Source of the DNA: Octopus bimaculoides
Lineage: Eukaryota
Direction of reading: 5' to 3'
NCBI RefSeq assembly: GCF_001194135.2
Contig: NC_068989.1
Span: 5,299,159 to 5,363,098 of the forward strand
DNA length: 63,940 nucleotides
Positions within the stretch are counted from its first letter, which is position 1. Each line of letters starts with the position of its first letter. Shown here piece by piece: positions 1-14,028 of this stretch. The notes below the pieces were generated by a model. The model made no database searches. It worked only from the letters and a program-made list of their open reading frames with translations, and was not told the origin of the DNA. The translations under genes were made by a program, and so were the position numbers.

Positions 1-53
<53 letters not shown>

Positions 54-778
54 TTATACACGCGCGCTCGCGGTTCTATGTGTGTGCGTGTATTCACACA
101 TTCATATAAACATACAACACATACAATGCTAGACGTAGATAAGGTTGACAAAACTAGGTCACGTGCCGGGCGGATTATTGTGTTTTTGGCGGAAATTTAA
201 AGAGGCGATAAATTTCAGAAGCGCTTGCCGAGGGGAAGGAAATGTCCTTTTTAATGGGGGTTTTAGGCCCGTGATGGATGTTGAAGGGTTAGTAGTGAGG
301 GTGGTATTTTTGCGTAAATATGTGGATTAGAGTTACTTGTAAAATATAATGAGGTCACTACTTATTTATTTATAGCCCACCGGCAAAGTAAACTTGAATT
401 AAAGCACGAAGTTTCCCCCGATTTAAACTTGCAAATGCTTTGACTATATCCTATATCGTGTGTACATACATACATACATACATACATGCAAACAAACAAG
501 CATGTTTATACGTACATACATACGGCTAGCCTGTATGGTCTAGCTAAATCAAAATGGATTTTTGTATTCTTCCTTTCTACTTGGTGAGTTTAAATGTACT
601 TATAAAAATATGTCCTTCTGTTGAAATGTATTTCAGTAAATTTCTATATCTTTGTGCAGCTGAAGATTGCTCTGCATTTTGCATTTGATGTAATTTTTTC
701 ACATTGCTTAATTAAATGGAGTCGCATGAAACGATCGTACTGCATTAACTTTGGATATCCTTATTGCTTATTTTGACT

Positions 779-809
<31 letters not shown>

Positions 810-1720
810 AGTGCGTGGAAAGAAGCTTGCTTCCGAACCACATGGTTCCAGGTTCAGCCCCGCTGTGTGTATGAAGTGAAAACCTTACCTGACATTGTGG
901 TTTTGAGGCACGGGGCAAAGTTGCCGCTCGCTCATAAAAACACGTATTAAATNNNNNNNNNNNNNNNNNNNNNNNNNNNNNNNNNNNNNNNNNNNNNNNN
1001 NNNNNNNNNNNNNNNNNNNNNNNNNNNNNNNNNNNNNNNNNNNNNNNNNNNNNNNNNNNNNNNNNNNNNNNNNNNNNNNNNNNNNNNNNNNNNNNNNNNN
1101 NNNNNNNNNNNNNNNNNNNNNNNNNNNNNNNNNNNNNNNNNNNNNNNNNNNNNNNNNNNNNNNNNNNNNNNNNNNNNNNNNNNNNNNNNNNNNNNNNNNN
1201 NNNNNNNNNNNNNNNNNNNNNNNNNNNNNNNNNNNNNNNNNNNNNNNNNNNNNNNNNNNNNNNNNNNNNNNNNNNNNNNNNNNNNNNNNNNNNNNNNNNN
1301 NNNNNNNNNNNNNNNNNNNNNNNNNNNNNNNNNNNNNNNNNNNNNNNNNNNNNNNNNNNNNNNNNNNNNNNNNNNNNNNNNNNNNNNNNNNNNNNNNNNN
1401 NNNNNNNNNNNNNNNNNNNNNNNNNNNNNNNNNNNNNNNNNNNNNNNNNNNNNNNNNNNNNNNNNNNNNNNNNNNNNNNNNNNNNNNNNNNNNNNNNNNN
1501 NNNNNNNNNNNNNNNNNNNNNNNNNNNNNNNNNNNNNNNNNNNNNNNNNNNNNNNNNNNNNNNNNNNNNNNNNNNNNNNNNNNNNNNNNNNNNNNNNNNN
1601 NNNNNNNNNNNNNNNNNNNNNNNNNNNNNNNNNNNNNNNNNNNNNNNNNNNNNNNNNNNNNNNNNNNNNNNNNNNNNNNNNNNNNNNNNNNNNNNNNNNN
1701 NNNNNNNNNNNNNNNNNNNN

Positions 1721-1795
<75 letters not shown>

Positions 1796-2405
1796 CTATC
1801 TAAACATATGTATGGTTGATGTGATTACGTATTATCCAAAGCAACGTTTTGTCTCATAAGCTTGTTAAGGTCGGTCGTGCACTCACAGACAACACTGATG
1901 TAGTATCTACGGATATTTGGAGAATACGCATTCCTATTTATGTTACATAAAACAAACATATATAACCCTATATATATATGTGTGATTTATGCTTGTTTTG
2001 TATAAGAAGTCAGGTTTACTGAAAAAGCGTTCATATGGAAGACGGTGTCAGCGGAATAATTTGGAATATGAGTGTATTTGGGTAGTGCGGAAGGGTGGGA
2101 GTGAGACAACTAAATCAGTTTTGATAAGCTGTGGGGAGTGTGCAACAGGCAATATTTCTGGAACATACGAAAATATATGTTTCCCAAGATAGTACATACA
2201 TAAATATATAGTTACACAGAGAGAGAGAGAGAGATATATGCATATATACACTCATTCGTGCATGTATACACATAAACACACATTATGCACACACATGCGT
2301 GTATTAGTCAGAGTAGGAAGGAAGGGCCCACGAACTTCAAACATATCTATTTACCTCTCTCTGTCTCTTCCAATTCTATATTTTTTGCGTGTGTTTTTGT
2401 ATATA

Positions 2406-2568
2406 TCGTATTTTGACGTGTATAAGGAATCCCCCAATTTTGGGGGGCTTAAAATTTGGAAAAAAGGTTTTGTAAGGGATTATAATACTATCCATGGATA
2501 AGAAACTCCCTTATTTTTTAACCTAATTTTTGACAAAAAAGGGGTTCCTTATACACGTTAAAATACGG
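2406..2568. mobile_element. 163-bp MITE, Tc1/mariner-pogo type
   Basis: About 28-bp TIRs (t/c)CGTATTTT(G/A)ACGTGTATAAGGAA(T)CCCC; TA on both flanks (2404-2405 and 2569-2570). Confidence 0.85.
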
Positions 2569-2615
2569 TACTTCCCTCCGTGTCTACATACATAATACAT
2601 ACATATAAAGATACA

Positions 2616-2652
<37 letters not shown>

Positions 2653-2738
2653 ACACACACACATACACACATACCTGCTTTTTGTTCTTACACCTGTCTA
2701 CGTCTTTTGTTTCCTGTAAATTTGAACTATACACATAC

Positions 2739-2779
<41 letters not shown>

Positions 2780-3769
2780 ATATATATATATATATATATA
2801 TATATTCTTTTANNNNNNNNNNNNNNNNNNNNNNNNNNNNNNNNNNNNNNNNNNNNNNNNNNNNNNNNNNNNNNNNNNNNNNNNNNNNNNNNNNNNNNNN
2901 NNNNNNNNNNNNNNNNNNNNNNNNNNNNNNNNNNNNNNNNNNNNNNNNNNNNNNNNNNNNNNNNNNNNNNNNNNNNNNNNNNNNNNNNNNNNNNNNNNNN
3001 NNNNNNNNNNNNNNNNNNNNNNNNNNNNNNNNNNNNNNNNNNNNNNNNNNNNNNNNNNNNNNNNNNNNNNNNNNNNNNNNNNNNNNNNNNNNNNNNNNNN
3101 NNNNNNNNNNNNNNNNNNNNNNNNNNNNNNNNNNNNNNNNNNNNNNNNNNNNNNNNNNNNNNNNNNNNNNNNNNNNNNNNNNNNNNNNNNNNNNNNNNNN
3201 NNNNNNNNNNNNNNNNNNNNNNNNNNNNNNNNNNNNNNNNNNNNNNNNNNNNNNNNNNNNNNNNNNNNNNNNNNNNNNNNNNNNNNNNNNNNNNNNNNNN
3301 NNNNNNNNNNNNNNNNNNNNNNNNNNNNNNNNNNNNNNNNNNNNNNNNNNNNNNNNNNNNNNNNNNNNNNNNNNNNNNNNNNNNNNNNNNNNNNNNNNNN
3401 NNNATATATGTGTGTGTGCGTATGTATGAAGAAGGTTGAAAAGTAACACACTTGTTGATATGTATAAGGAAAATAAGACAAGGTAGACAATGGTAAAATA
3501 ATGTACGTTAGCATCACTTCGGCTGCCACAATCGCCATCATATTTACCATCACTACAACCATTACCACCGCCACTATTATCACCACAGCCACCACCCTTA
3601 CCATCATCCCACTCCCAACACCTACATCAATTTTGACCTGCAGTTATTCAAGGTTTGGGTAGATGTTGCGTCGATCCCACCCGATGAGGTGTGTGACATA
3701 GTCAACTCATCAAATATTCTCTCACTAAATTCGTTTTAAAAATTTGTCCCACTTTATCATATCATTCTT

Positions 3770-3815
<46 letters not shown>

Positions 3816-4586
3816 TCGCTCTCTCTCCCCCTCTCTCTCTATCTATCTGTCCCTTTCTTGATCCTTCTAGACAGCTGCCTCTCTGAATCCTTTTCCACGA
3901 GCTGTTTTATTCTTAAATATGACGTGTACACACACACACACACACACACACACATGGAAAACCACGCATGACTGGTTTTCACATTATATACAATTACATT
4001 AATTTGAAATCTAACGCGTGATATAACTATTTTGATAAACATACAATTTTGCCTCCTCGCTGTGTTGTGAAAACAAACGCACACACAGCTTACATCACGC
4101 CATGGCCAAAAAATTGTGGGGGCAACCTGAATAGTTTCTAGTCTTCTATATTCATCAGAGAAAAGTACTCATCTTCTGTCCACATAAAGATTACCGTATT
4201 TGATGACATAGAAGATGTACGGACGTATTAGATGCACTCCAATTTCAGAAAGCGCATATTCGGGAAAAGATGTTTTCAATACATTAAACTAGGGTGGGAC
4301 AATTTCGCATACAAGACCCGGGGTGGTTTTTTTGATGATGTTTTATGATGCAAAATGTGCTCCTTATATTGGTTTCAAATTTTGTCACACGGCCAACAAT
4401 TTCAGGAGAGGGTGTAAGTCGATGACATCGATCCCAGTGCACAACTGGTACTTATTTTGTCAACCCCGAAAGGATGAGAGGTAAAGTCGGTCTCGTCGGT
4501 ATTTGACCCCAGAGAGTAAGAACAGACGAAATGCAGCTAAGCAGTTTGCCCGGCATGCTAACGATTCTCCCAGCTCACCGCCTTAA

Positions 4587-4636
<50 letters not shown>

Positions 4637-5079
4637 ATAATAATAATAATAATAATAATACTAAAGGCACAAAACCTGAAATTTTGGGAGAGGGGGTAAG
4701 TCGATTACATTGACCCCTCGTGTTCAACTGGTACTTATTTTATCGACCTCGAAAGGATTAAAGGCAAATTCGACCTCGGCGGAATTTGAAGTCAGAATGT
4801 AAGGACGGACTAAATGCTGGTAAGCATTTGGCTCGGTGTGCTAACGATTCTGCCAGCTCGTCGCCTTACAAGTACGTCTTATATTGCCATCAAAAATGGT
4901 AATAGCTCAGAGCTATTTATTCTTCGTGCTTGGATACACCGAACCTACTTGGATTAATTTGTTATATATAGGTACATGCCCTGGTAAGGTTTGTTTATTA
5001 ATTAATTAATAATGCACTACACAGCGGCTTTTTGCACTCTTATGCAAATTAGACTGAATTACTTCTCTTGCTCATTATC

Positions 5080-5609
5080 AACTAATCATAACCCCCGCCA
5101 CTGCCTCCACCACCACCACTACTGCCTCCAACATCACAAATAGCGTTGCCATCGATGTCCTCCTCCTCCTCCTCATCGTATTCGTCGTCGTCATCGTATT
5201 TCTTGTTGCTGCTGCTTTCAACATCCACCTACTCCTGCTCCTCTTCCTGCCCTCCCCCATCATCACTATCACCACCACCACCACCANNNNNNNNNNNNNN
5301 NNNNNNNNNNNNNNNNNNNNNNNNNNNNNNNNNNNNNNNNNNNNNNNNNNNNNNNNNNNNNNNNNNNNNNNNNNNNNNNNNNNNNNNNNNNNNNNNNNNN
5401 NNNNNNNNNNNNNNNNNNNNNNNNNNNNNNNGCTCCTCCTCCTCCTGCTCCTCCTCCTCCTGCTCCACCTCCTCCTGCTCCTCCTGCTCCTCCTGCTCCT
5501 CCTCCTCCTCATCGTATTCGTCGTCGTCATCGTATTTCTTGTTGCTGCTGCTTTCAACATCCACCTACTCCTGCTCCTCTTCCTGCCCTCCCCCATCATC
5601 ACTATCACC

Positions 5610-5640
<31 letters not shown>

Positions 5641-5780
5641 CAAGCAGCAGCATTGTCGTCGTCATCATTGCGATCGTCGTCACCGCCATCACTATAATCA
5701 AGGTCACTATCATCACCATCATCACCATCATCACCATCATCATCATCACTAGCAGCAGCAGTAGCAGCAGCAGCAGTAAT
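5080..5780. repeat. Trinucleotide low-complexity block (CCT/CCA/CAT) with a segment duplicated either side of a gap
   Basis: About 5158-5286 is repeated at about 5498-5625. Confidence 0.85.
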
Positions 5781-6088
5781 GGCGATAGTGTGCGATATTG
5801 TAGACAACGTCTGAATATATTTTTTACAAACTAAAATTTGGTCTGTTCCGTCGACATCCACCCCAACTCACCGACTTCCTTTTCTCCCTCTTCTTCCCAC
5901 TTGCCTCATTATGTTGCTAATTCATATTGAATCGCGTTGATTAATGTCCTCCTCCAGCACCGCCCTCCCCCTCACAAATAATTGCTATTTTCTTAATACG
6001 ATGAATATTTAATTGAGATTTGTTAATTAGTTTTCATTATTGTCTCTTGTAGATGTCAGTGTGCGTACGCATGTATGGGCATGTACAC

Positions 6089-6142
<54 letters not shown>

Positions 6143-6483
6143 NNNNNNNNNNNNNNNNNNNNNNNNNNNNNNNNNNNNNNNNNNNNNNNNNNNNNNNNNN
6201 NNNNNNNNNNNNNNNNNNNNNNNNNNNNNNNNNNNNNNNNNNNNNNNNNNNNNNNNNNNNNNNNNNNNNNNNNNNNNNNNNNNNNNNNNNNNNNNNNNNN
6301 NNNNNNNNNNNNNNNNNNNNNNNNNNNNNNNNNNNNNNNNNNNNNNNNNNNNNNNNNNNNNNNNNNNNNNNNNNNNNNNNNNNNNNNNNNNNNNNNNNNN
6401 NNNNNNNNNNNNNNNNNNNNNNNNNNNNNNNNNNNNNNNNNNNNNNNTATATATATATGTATGTATATATATGTATATATATG

Positions 6484-6536
<53 letters not shown>

Positions 6537-7286
6537 TTGTTTGTTTGTTCCTCCACCATCGCTTGATAACTGACCCCGTAACGTAGCGGTTCGGCAAAAA
6601 ACGACCGATAGAATAAGTCCTGGCATCGATTTCTTCCACTAAAATCTTTAAGGCCGTGCATAATGGGAAAATACTATGAATTAAATTACCCAGCTAGATG
6701 GACGTTCTAATGGAATATATTGGTAGAGCACTAGTAAGCATTTCTTCTCTTTTAACTCCCGCCAGTGTTCACCTATCCTCTCACCTATGTTACGTGCTGT
6801 CTTCCCCCACGTATGTTGTTGCCCTGTTTGTGCTGCGTCCCTCACTACACAGCATAAGCTGTAGGATTAGGAACGTAGACTATAGTATGTATGTGTGTAT
6901 GTATGTATGTGTGTGTATATGTATGTGTGTTTGTACGAGGAAGAGTAGTGAGTTATATTTATTGCTTGCAAGCAGACACTCTCTGTTTTTCATTTCCGTT
7001 CCATGTGGAAGACCTTTTGCCAAAGTGACGCACAATCACATCGTTGCAAAGCAAATTTTTTAACCATCCAGTCATACCTGCGCTTATATTACACGATGGA
7101 ACGGTTTCATACTTTTCGAAAGTGATTTTCGTTATTTTCCTTGAAGCAAAACAATTTTGGCTGAATTCCAGATGATGAACGCTACAGCTACCGCACTAAT
7201 ATGGATTTGCAGAGAGGAAACTGACAGAAATTATGTGATAAACGGCGGGAAATATAGAGAGGGAAAGAGATGGACACACGCGCGCG

Positions 7287-7335
<49 letters not shown>

Positions 7336-7363
7336 TCACACATATATATAAATACATACATGC

Positions 7364-7410
<47 letters not shown>

Positions 7411-7886
7411 ACACACACACATATATATATATGCGCACACAGAAACACTGAGCTTTATATATTTGCATATTTACTTTACTTTTCATACTTCACTGAAATC
7501 CTACTTCTTCCCGCCACTTAGCTCATATTCGCGCCCGCGCATACGTACAAACACACACAGACAGACTCACATACACAGACAGACTCACACACACAGACAG
7601 ACTCACACACACAACTGTGAGTAATGCGTAACTAATCCGGTCTTGTCTAACCAAACCGGGTTGGACCGATCATTTCGTCCACCCAGCCCGCCAACCGACT
7701 AGACCAAACGTTTTTGTGCTAAATATACTGACATCAATTTTGTTTCTGCTTACCCCGGTTGCTTAATAAATTCAACAGACAAGAAGGCGCAAGGAGAGAT
7801 AGTGGGAGGAAAGGATTGAGGGAAGGATAGAGATCGAGAGAGGAAGGGAAGGACAGCAGTAGAAAAAGACAAAGAGATTAAATGTA

Positions 7887-7931
<45 letters not shown>

Positions 7932-9027
7932 ATGCGGAGAGACTGAAATACGGAAGAAAATAATTTAAAGAGAAAGAAGTCAGAGAGAGACAGAGAGAAT
8001 TAGATTGGTTAACTTCTTGGTTAACTTCAGTTCTTTACCTAATATTGGTTACAAATTTTGGCGCAAGACCTGCAATTTCAGGATACGTGGTTCGTCGATT
8101 ACAACGATCCCAGTATTCGACTAGTACCTATTTTATCGACCCCAAAAGATGTAAGGCCGAGTCAACCTCATCGGAATTTCAACTCAGAATGCAAAGAGCC
8201 AAAAAAGGAATGCTGCTAATCATTTTGCCCGACATATAACGGTCCTATCAGTTCGACAATAACACATTTTTATAAACAAGGCGGCGAACTGGCAGAATCG
8301 TTAGCACGCCGGGCGAAATGCTTAGCAGTATTTCGTCTGTCTTTACGTTCTGAGTTCAAATTCCGTCGAGGTCGACTCTACCTTTCATCCTTTCGGGGTT
8401 GATAAATTAAGCAGCAGTTGCGTNNNNNNNNNNNNNNNNNNNNNNNNNNNNNNNNNNNNNNNNNNNNNNNNNNNNNNNNNNNNNNNNNNNNNNNNNNNNN
8501 NNNNNNNNNNNNNNNNNNNNNNNNNNNNNNNNNNNNNNNNNNNNNNNNNNNNNNNNNNNNNNNNNNNNNNNNNNNNNNNNNNNNNNNNNNNNNNNNNNNN
8601 NNNNNNNNNNNNNNNNNNNNNNNNNNNNNNNNNNNNNNNNNNNNNNNNNNNNNNNNNNNNNNNNNNNNNNNNNNNNNNNNNNNNNNNNNNNNNNNNNNNN
8701 NNNNNNNNNNNNNNNNNNNNNNNNNNNNNNNNNNNNNNNNNNNNNNNNNNNNNNNNNNNNNNNNNNNNNNNNNNNNNNNNNNNNNNNNNNNNNNNNNNNN
8801 NNNNNNNNNNNNNNNNNNNNNNNNNNNNNNNNNNNNNNNAGGAAAAAGAAGTTGGTTGGTATAACGAGTAAGAGAAGACAATTTAGAAAATTTCTTCTCC
8901 GTTACATAGACGAATGTAGTCGGCTTTCAGGGTTCGTATCATATATAAAAACCAATCCTTCTCAAGACTCACTTTCACTCGAAACCAAAATTAATGACTC
9001 TCTTAACTCGTCAGATCTTTTCCCGTC

Positions 9028-9063
<36 letters not shown>

Positions 9064-9339
9064 CCTCTCTCTCCTTCTCTTTCTTTCATCTTCCCTGCCG
9101 CTCTCAGTATAGCTTTTACTTGTTTCACTCATTAGACTGCGGTCATGCTGGGGCTTCGTCTTAAAAACATTTTAGTTGAACGAATCGACCCCAGTACTTA
9201 TTCTTCTTTACAAGCATGATACTTATTCTAGTGCTAGTTACGGGACGTAAACACACCAACATCGGTTGTCTAGTAGTGGTGGTGGACAAACACACACACA
9301 TCCGACGAGATTCTTTCAGTTTCCATCCTTCAAATCCGT

Positions 9340-9660
9340 ACATCAAAAGCAGTCACGACTGAATGCGTGTCATGAACTGAAAGAACAGTTGGAAGTTGAC
9401 CCGGACCTTTTTTCGAAGGTCGTCAATGACGATGAAAGCTGGTGTTTATGGAATTTGCAGATGTGGAAGAGGTGAAGAAGAAAACAAAAACAAAAACAAA
9501 AAACGACGGTGGCGTTAAAAAAAAGGCGTCGCCTTGCAAGAGTTCCAGCACTGCTTCAAACAGTGGAAAACGCGCCTGGATCGATGGATTGCTTCAAATG
9601 GAGAATATTGTGAAGGCGATAGAAGTGTAAACATGTAAAACTAAGTGAATAAAATAACAT
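9340..9660 (+). mobile_element. Internally deleted mariner transposase remnant
   Basis: QKQSRLNACHELKEQLEVDPDLFSKVVNDDESW (TGDE-like first catalytic Asp region) is fused to a C-terminal FADVEEVKKK...FKQWKTRLDRWIASNGEYCEGD-like segment read across frameshifts. Confidence 0.75.
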
Positions 9661-10595
9661 TGTGGGTTCCACGTCACTCCACTATGCGGCACTTTGGGCA
9701 AGCGTTTTCTACTATAGCCCTGGGCAAACCCATGCCTGATGAACGAATTTGAAAGACGGAAACTGTGTGGAAACCCGTTGCATATGCGTGGGTGTTTCTC
9801 CACCACTACCACCGTTTGAGAACCTGTGTTGTTTTCTTGTCACCGTCCTTGAAACTTAGCGGATCGGCAAATCAGGCCGATAGAACAAGTACCAGACACC
9901 AGTACAAATATATCAGTACTTGGGTCGATTTGTTTGACTAAAAAAAAAAAAACCCCAGCATGGCAGCAATCCAATGATGTAAACAAGTAAAAGATAAACG
10001 GCAAAAGAAAAATGGGTGCAGCAACTCTGTTGTATGTTCACCCTCGTCGTCTCGTAACCACCACCATTATCGTTGTTGGTGGTGTTTAGCCCTAGGTCTG
10101 GTGAAAGAAGACTTATGATTAGCAGCGTTCCAATGCTCTCACGTTATTTCTTTAAAGCCTATCACCGACTGCATTAATCACCCTCTTCTTAACGTTTGTA
10201 AGTCAATAGGGCGGCAATGATTTAAAAGTATTTTCTGCTGTTTTATCTAAGTAGTTCTAGAGACCGTCTGGTTGATGTAGGGGAGAGCTCCGTCAACGTT
10301 CTCAGCGAAATTTTAGTGCTTTTAAACGGGTGTGGCACCAGTTGGATTGTAAATAGTGCCGGTTGGGTAACAGGAAACTAATTATTTGTAAAGGTAAGAT
10401 GGTCTTGTTGGTGTTGTTTACGATATCAACTGCTGTAATTTACAGTTTAGCTCTTTGTAACTGTAGAATGATGTAAGTGTTTCAACCGATGTCGCCGTCT
10501 TGCTTCATATTTCCTCCCCGAAAATGAAAAAAAAAAACAAACTAAAATGAGCTGCAGTAACTTCAATACCTAACACCGCGGTTTTTTGAATGCCT

Positions 10596-10633
<38 letters not shown>

Positions 10634-11550
10634 NNNNNNNNNNNNNNNNNNNNNNNNNNNNNNNNNNNNNNNNNNNNNNNNNNNNNNNNNNNNNNNNNNN
10701 NNNNNNNNNNNNNNNNNNNNNNNNNNNNNNNNNNNNNNNNNNNNNNNNNNNNNNNNNNNNNNNNNNNNNNNNNNNNNNNNNNNNNNNNNNNNNNNNNNNN
10801 NNNNNNNNNNNNNNNNNNNNNNNNNNNNNNNNNNNNNNNNNNNNNNNNNNNNNNNNNNNNNNNNNNNNNNNNNNNNNNNNNNNNNNNNNNNNNNNNNNNN
10901 NNNNNNNNNNNNNNNNNNNNNNNNNNNNNNNNNNNNNNNNNNNNNNNNNNNNNNNNNNNNNNNNNNNNNNNNNNNNNNNNNNNNNNNNNNNNNNNNNNNN
11001 NNNNNNNNNNNNNNNNNNNNNNNNNNNNNNNNNNNNNNNNNNNNNNNNNNNNNNNNNNNNNNNNNNNNNNNNNNNNNNNNNNNNNNNNNNNNNNNNNNNN
11101 NNNNNNNNNNNNNNNNNNNNNNNNNNNNNNNNNNNNNNNNNNNNNNNNNNNNNNNNNNNNNNNNNNNNNNNNNNNNNNNNNNNNNNNNNNNNNNNNNNNN
11201 NNNNNNNNNNNNNNNNNNNNNNNNNNNNNNNNNNNNNNNNNNNNNNNNNNNNNNNNNNNNNNNNNNNNNNNNNNNNNNNNNNNNNNNNNNNNNNNNNNNN
11301 NNNNNNNNNNNNNNNNNNNNNNNNNNNNNNNNNNNNNNNNNNNNNNNNNNNNNNNNNNNNNNNNNNNNNNNNNNNNNNNNNNNNNNNNNNNNNNNNNNNN
11401 NNNNNNNNNNNNNNNNNNNNNNNNNNNNNNNNNNNNNNNNNNNNNNNNNNNNNNNNNNNNNNNNNNNNNNNNNNNNNNNNNNNNNNNNNNNNNNNNNNNN
11501 NNNNNNNNNNNNNNNNNNNNNNNNNNNNNNNNNNNNNNNNNNNNNNNNNN

Positions 11551-11606
<56 letters not shown>

Positions 11607-12710
11607 CAAGCTTCTTTCGGTTTCCCCTCTGGCAGATCCACTCATAAGACATTGGTCGACCAGAAGCTATAGTAGAAGACACTTGCTCAAAGTGCCATGC
11701 AAAGGGACTGAACCCGGAACCGTGTGGTTGGGAAGCAAGCTTCTTACCACTGTGTGTGTAAGTGCTTGTGTATGTCTGTGAATATGTCTTGTGTTCGTGT
11801 ATGTCTCTGTGTGTGTGTGTGTGTTTTTGTGCGTTTGCATATGTGTATGGCTTAGAATTGATTCTGTTGATTACTAACTTTAGACCGGACAGTCTTGTTT
11901 TTTTTGAGGGGTGGGGTTCTTTTTTAGCATTCTATTCTTCGTCCGGCAACAAGTCGAGCCGGGCGTTAATTTTGCCTTTTGAGACAACGACTAAAAAGAA
12001 GAAAAAAAAAAAAAAAAAAAAAANNNNNNNNNNNNNNNNNNNNNNNNNNNNNNNNNNNNNNNNNNNNNNNNNNNNNNNNNNNNNNNNNNNNNNNNNNNNN
12101 NNNNNNNNNNNNNNNNNNNNNNNNNNNNNNNNNNNNNNNNNNNNNNNNNNNNNNNNNNNNNNNNNNNNNNNNNNNNNNNNNNNNNNNNNNNNNNNNNNNN
12201 NNNNNNNNNNNNNNNNNNNNNNNNNNNNNNNNNNNNNNNNNNNNNNNNNNNNNNNNNNNNNNNNNNNNNNNNNNNNNNNNNNNNNNNNNNNNNNNNNNNN
12301 NNNNNNNNNNNNNNNNNNNNNNNNNNNNNNNNNNNNNNNNNNNNNNNNNNNNNNNNNNNCTACGTGATGATGTGTTATATTATTTTATATGTTATATTGT
12401 TGTTTTTTTTTTGTTTTAAATTAGTATTCGCTGCCTCGTAGTAGTGTACAGCTCACAGTGTTGACACATAGGAGAGAAGCTTGGCCAAGGCCACCGTGGA
12501 AAGTAGTTGACTTGTTTTTCTCTTCCTGTTTAAACAACTAAAGTAATGTCGAAAAAAGAAAAAAAAGGTTAGATTTAACCAACAATTGGCCAAAGGTTAT
12601 GGATTTATTGTGTAAAACAGAAAAGATAACTTTAATTTTTTTTCTTTTTGTGATGTAAAATTTGGCAGTAAAGAAAGAAGTAGAGATCAATGAAGCGGTA
12701 TTGCAAGTAG

Positions 12711-12761
12711 ACACCCGGTTAACACCCGGTTAACACCCGGTTAACACCCGGTTAACACCCG
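12711..12761. repeat. 11-bp tandem repeat (ACACCCGGTTA) x4.6
   Basis: Four perfect units plus a partial unit. Confidence 0.95.
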
Positions 12762-14028
12762 CAGTAACATTTGACTGTAGCTGAAATGGTCAGGGTGAAC
12801 GGACGCATACATACATACAAGCCCGGGTACTCGCAGAGTGATCGTGCAAATAGAGGTGGGGGAGAAGTAGGGCATTGGTAGTAGAAGCTTGCAGAGAAAT
12901 GAGGCCAGGAAGGCGCCGCTGAGAAGTGTTGTTACGGTAAGGAATGGTTGAGATTTGTATAGTAAACTTGAGGCCCGTATCTAGAGTGCGTGTAGTTCGT
13001 GGGGGTGGACAGAATGATATAGTAATATGGCTGGGAGTATGGAGGAGAGCGGAGGGTCGGTATATTAAGTAAACACAGTTAGCAAGTAAACCCAATAATA
13101 TGCAATGCACATATGACACACATAGTGTGCAGAGTCATATGCAAAGTGTCTGCACACAGCTGCGCATAACAAATTCAACGTTGCCGTCAAAAGTGCAGTT
13201 AATGGTTCACCGCCAGTTTCGACGATGACCATTGCATGGCTTGATCGACTGAATTACCTGCTACTTGCCCTTTGAATTAGCATGTATGTGGCTGAGTATT
13301 CCACAGACTCATGTACTCATAACGTAACGTAATTGCTGACATAAAAAAAAAAAAAAACGCACGAGAATATTATTCTGGTTAGTTCCTCTCTTGCTTCGAC
13401 TGCAACTCTTGCCACTCCGAGGTGGCGTCGCCATTCTTACTTTTCTCGTTATTGCCATAAGAAGTGCTCTGAAGAACTTTCCTTCTTAGTTCCAGATCAC
13501 TTTGTACCACCTCACCTGACTCGAAACTCACTCCGTCTTCATCCAAATGCTGTTGTGCTTCCGCGAATAAGGAAGTCTTTTTACAGTTGTAGCTTTTTTT
13601 CCTTCCTCGAATTGCCAGACATTGCAATTCTCTTCCATCTCATTGTTCNNNNNNNNNNNNNNNNNNNNNNNNNNNNNNNNNNNNNNNNNNNNNNNNNNNN
13701 NNNNNNNNNNNNNNNNNNNNNNNNNNNNNNNNNNNNNNNNNNNNNNNNNNNNNNNNNNNNNNNNNNNNNNNNNNNNNNNNNNNNNNNNNNNNNNNNNNNN
13801 NNNNNNNNNNNNNNNNNNNNNNNNNNNNNNNNNNNNNNNNNNNNNNNNNNNNNNNNNNNNNNNNNNNNNNNNNNNNNNNNNNNNNNNNNNNNNNNNNNAA
13901 TTTCTCCTTCTCTTTGGTTCCTTACACTAAGTGACTTTTCGCCTTGTTTGGGATTTTCAATTAAGGAAAAGAAAAGAAAAAAAATTAGACGCACCGTAAT
14001 TTCAGCAGTTTTTAATGCATAAAAGCTT

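Noticed and set aside
145-330. 61-aa ORF at the window start
   Set aside because: TTG start, no splice context and no recognisable similarity.
4105-4165. Minus-strand CTGATGA..GAAAC resembling a hammerhead
   Set aside because: No stem I or stem III pairing and no NUH triplet in register.
5229-5861. Acidic or Ser-rich ORFs resembling biomineral or nucleolin-like proteins
   Set aside because: Trinucleotide low complexity open on both strands, spanning a gap and a duplicated segment, with no splice support.
7625-7710. Small GC-rich hairpin (GGGTTGGAC/GTCCACCC)
   Set aside because: Short, single copy, and no recognisable RNA family.
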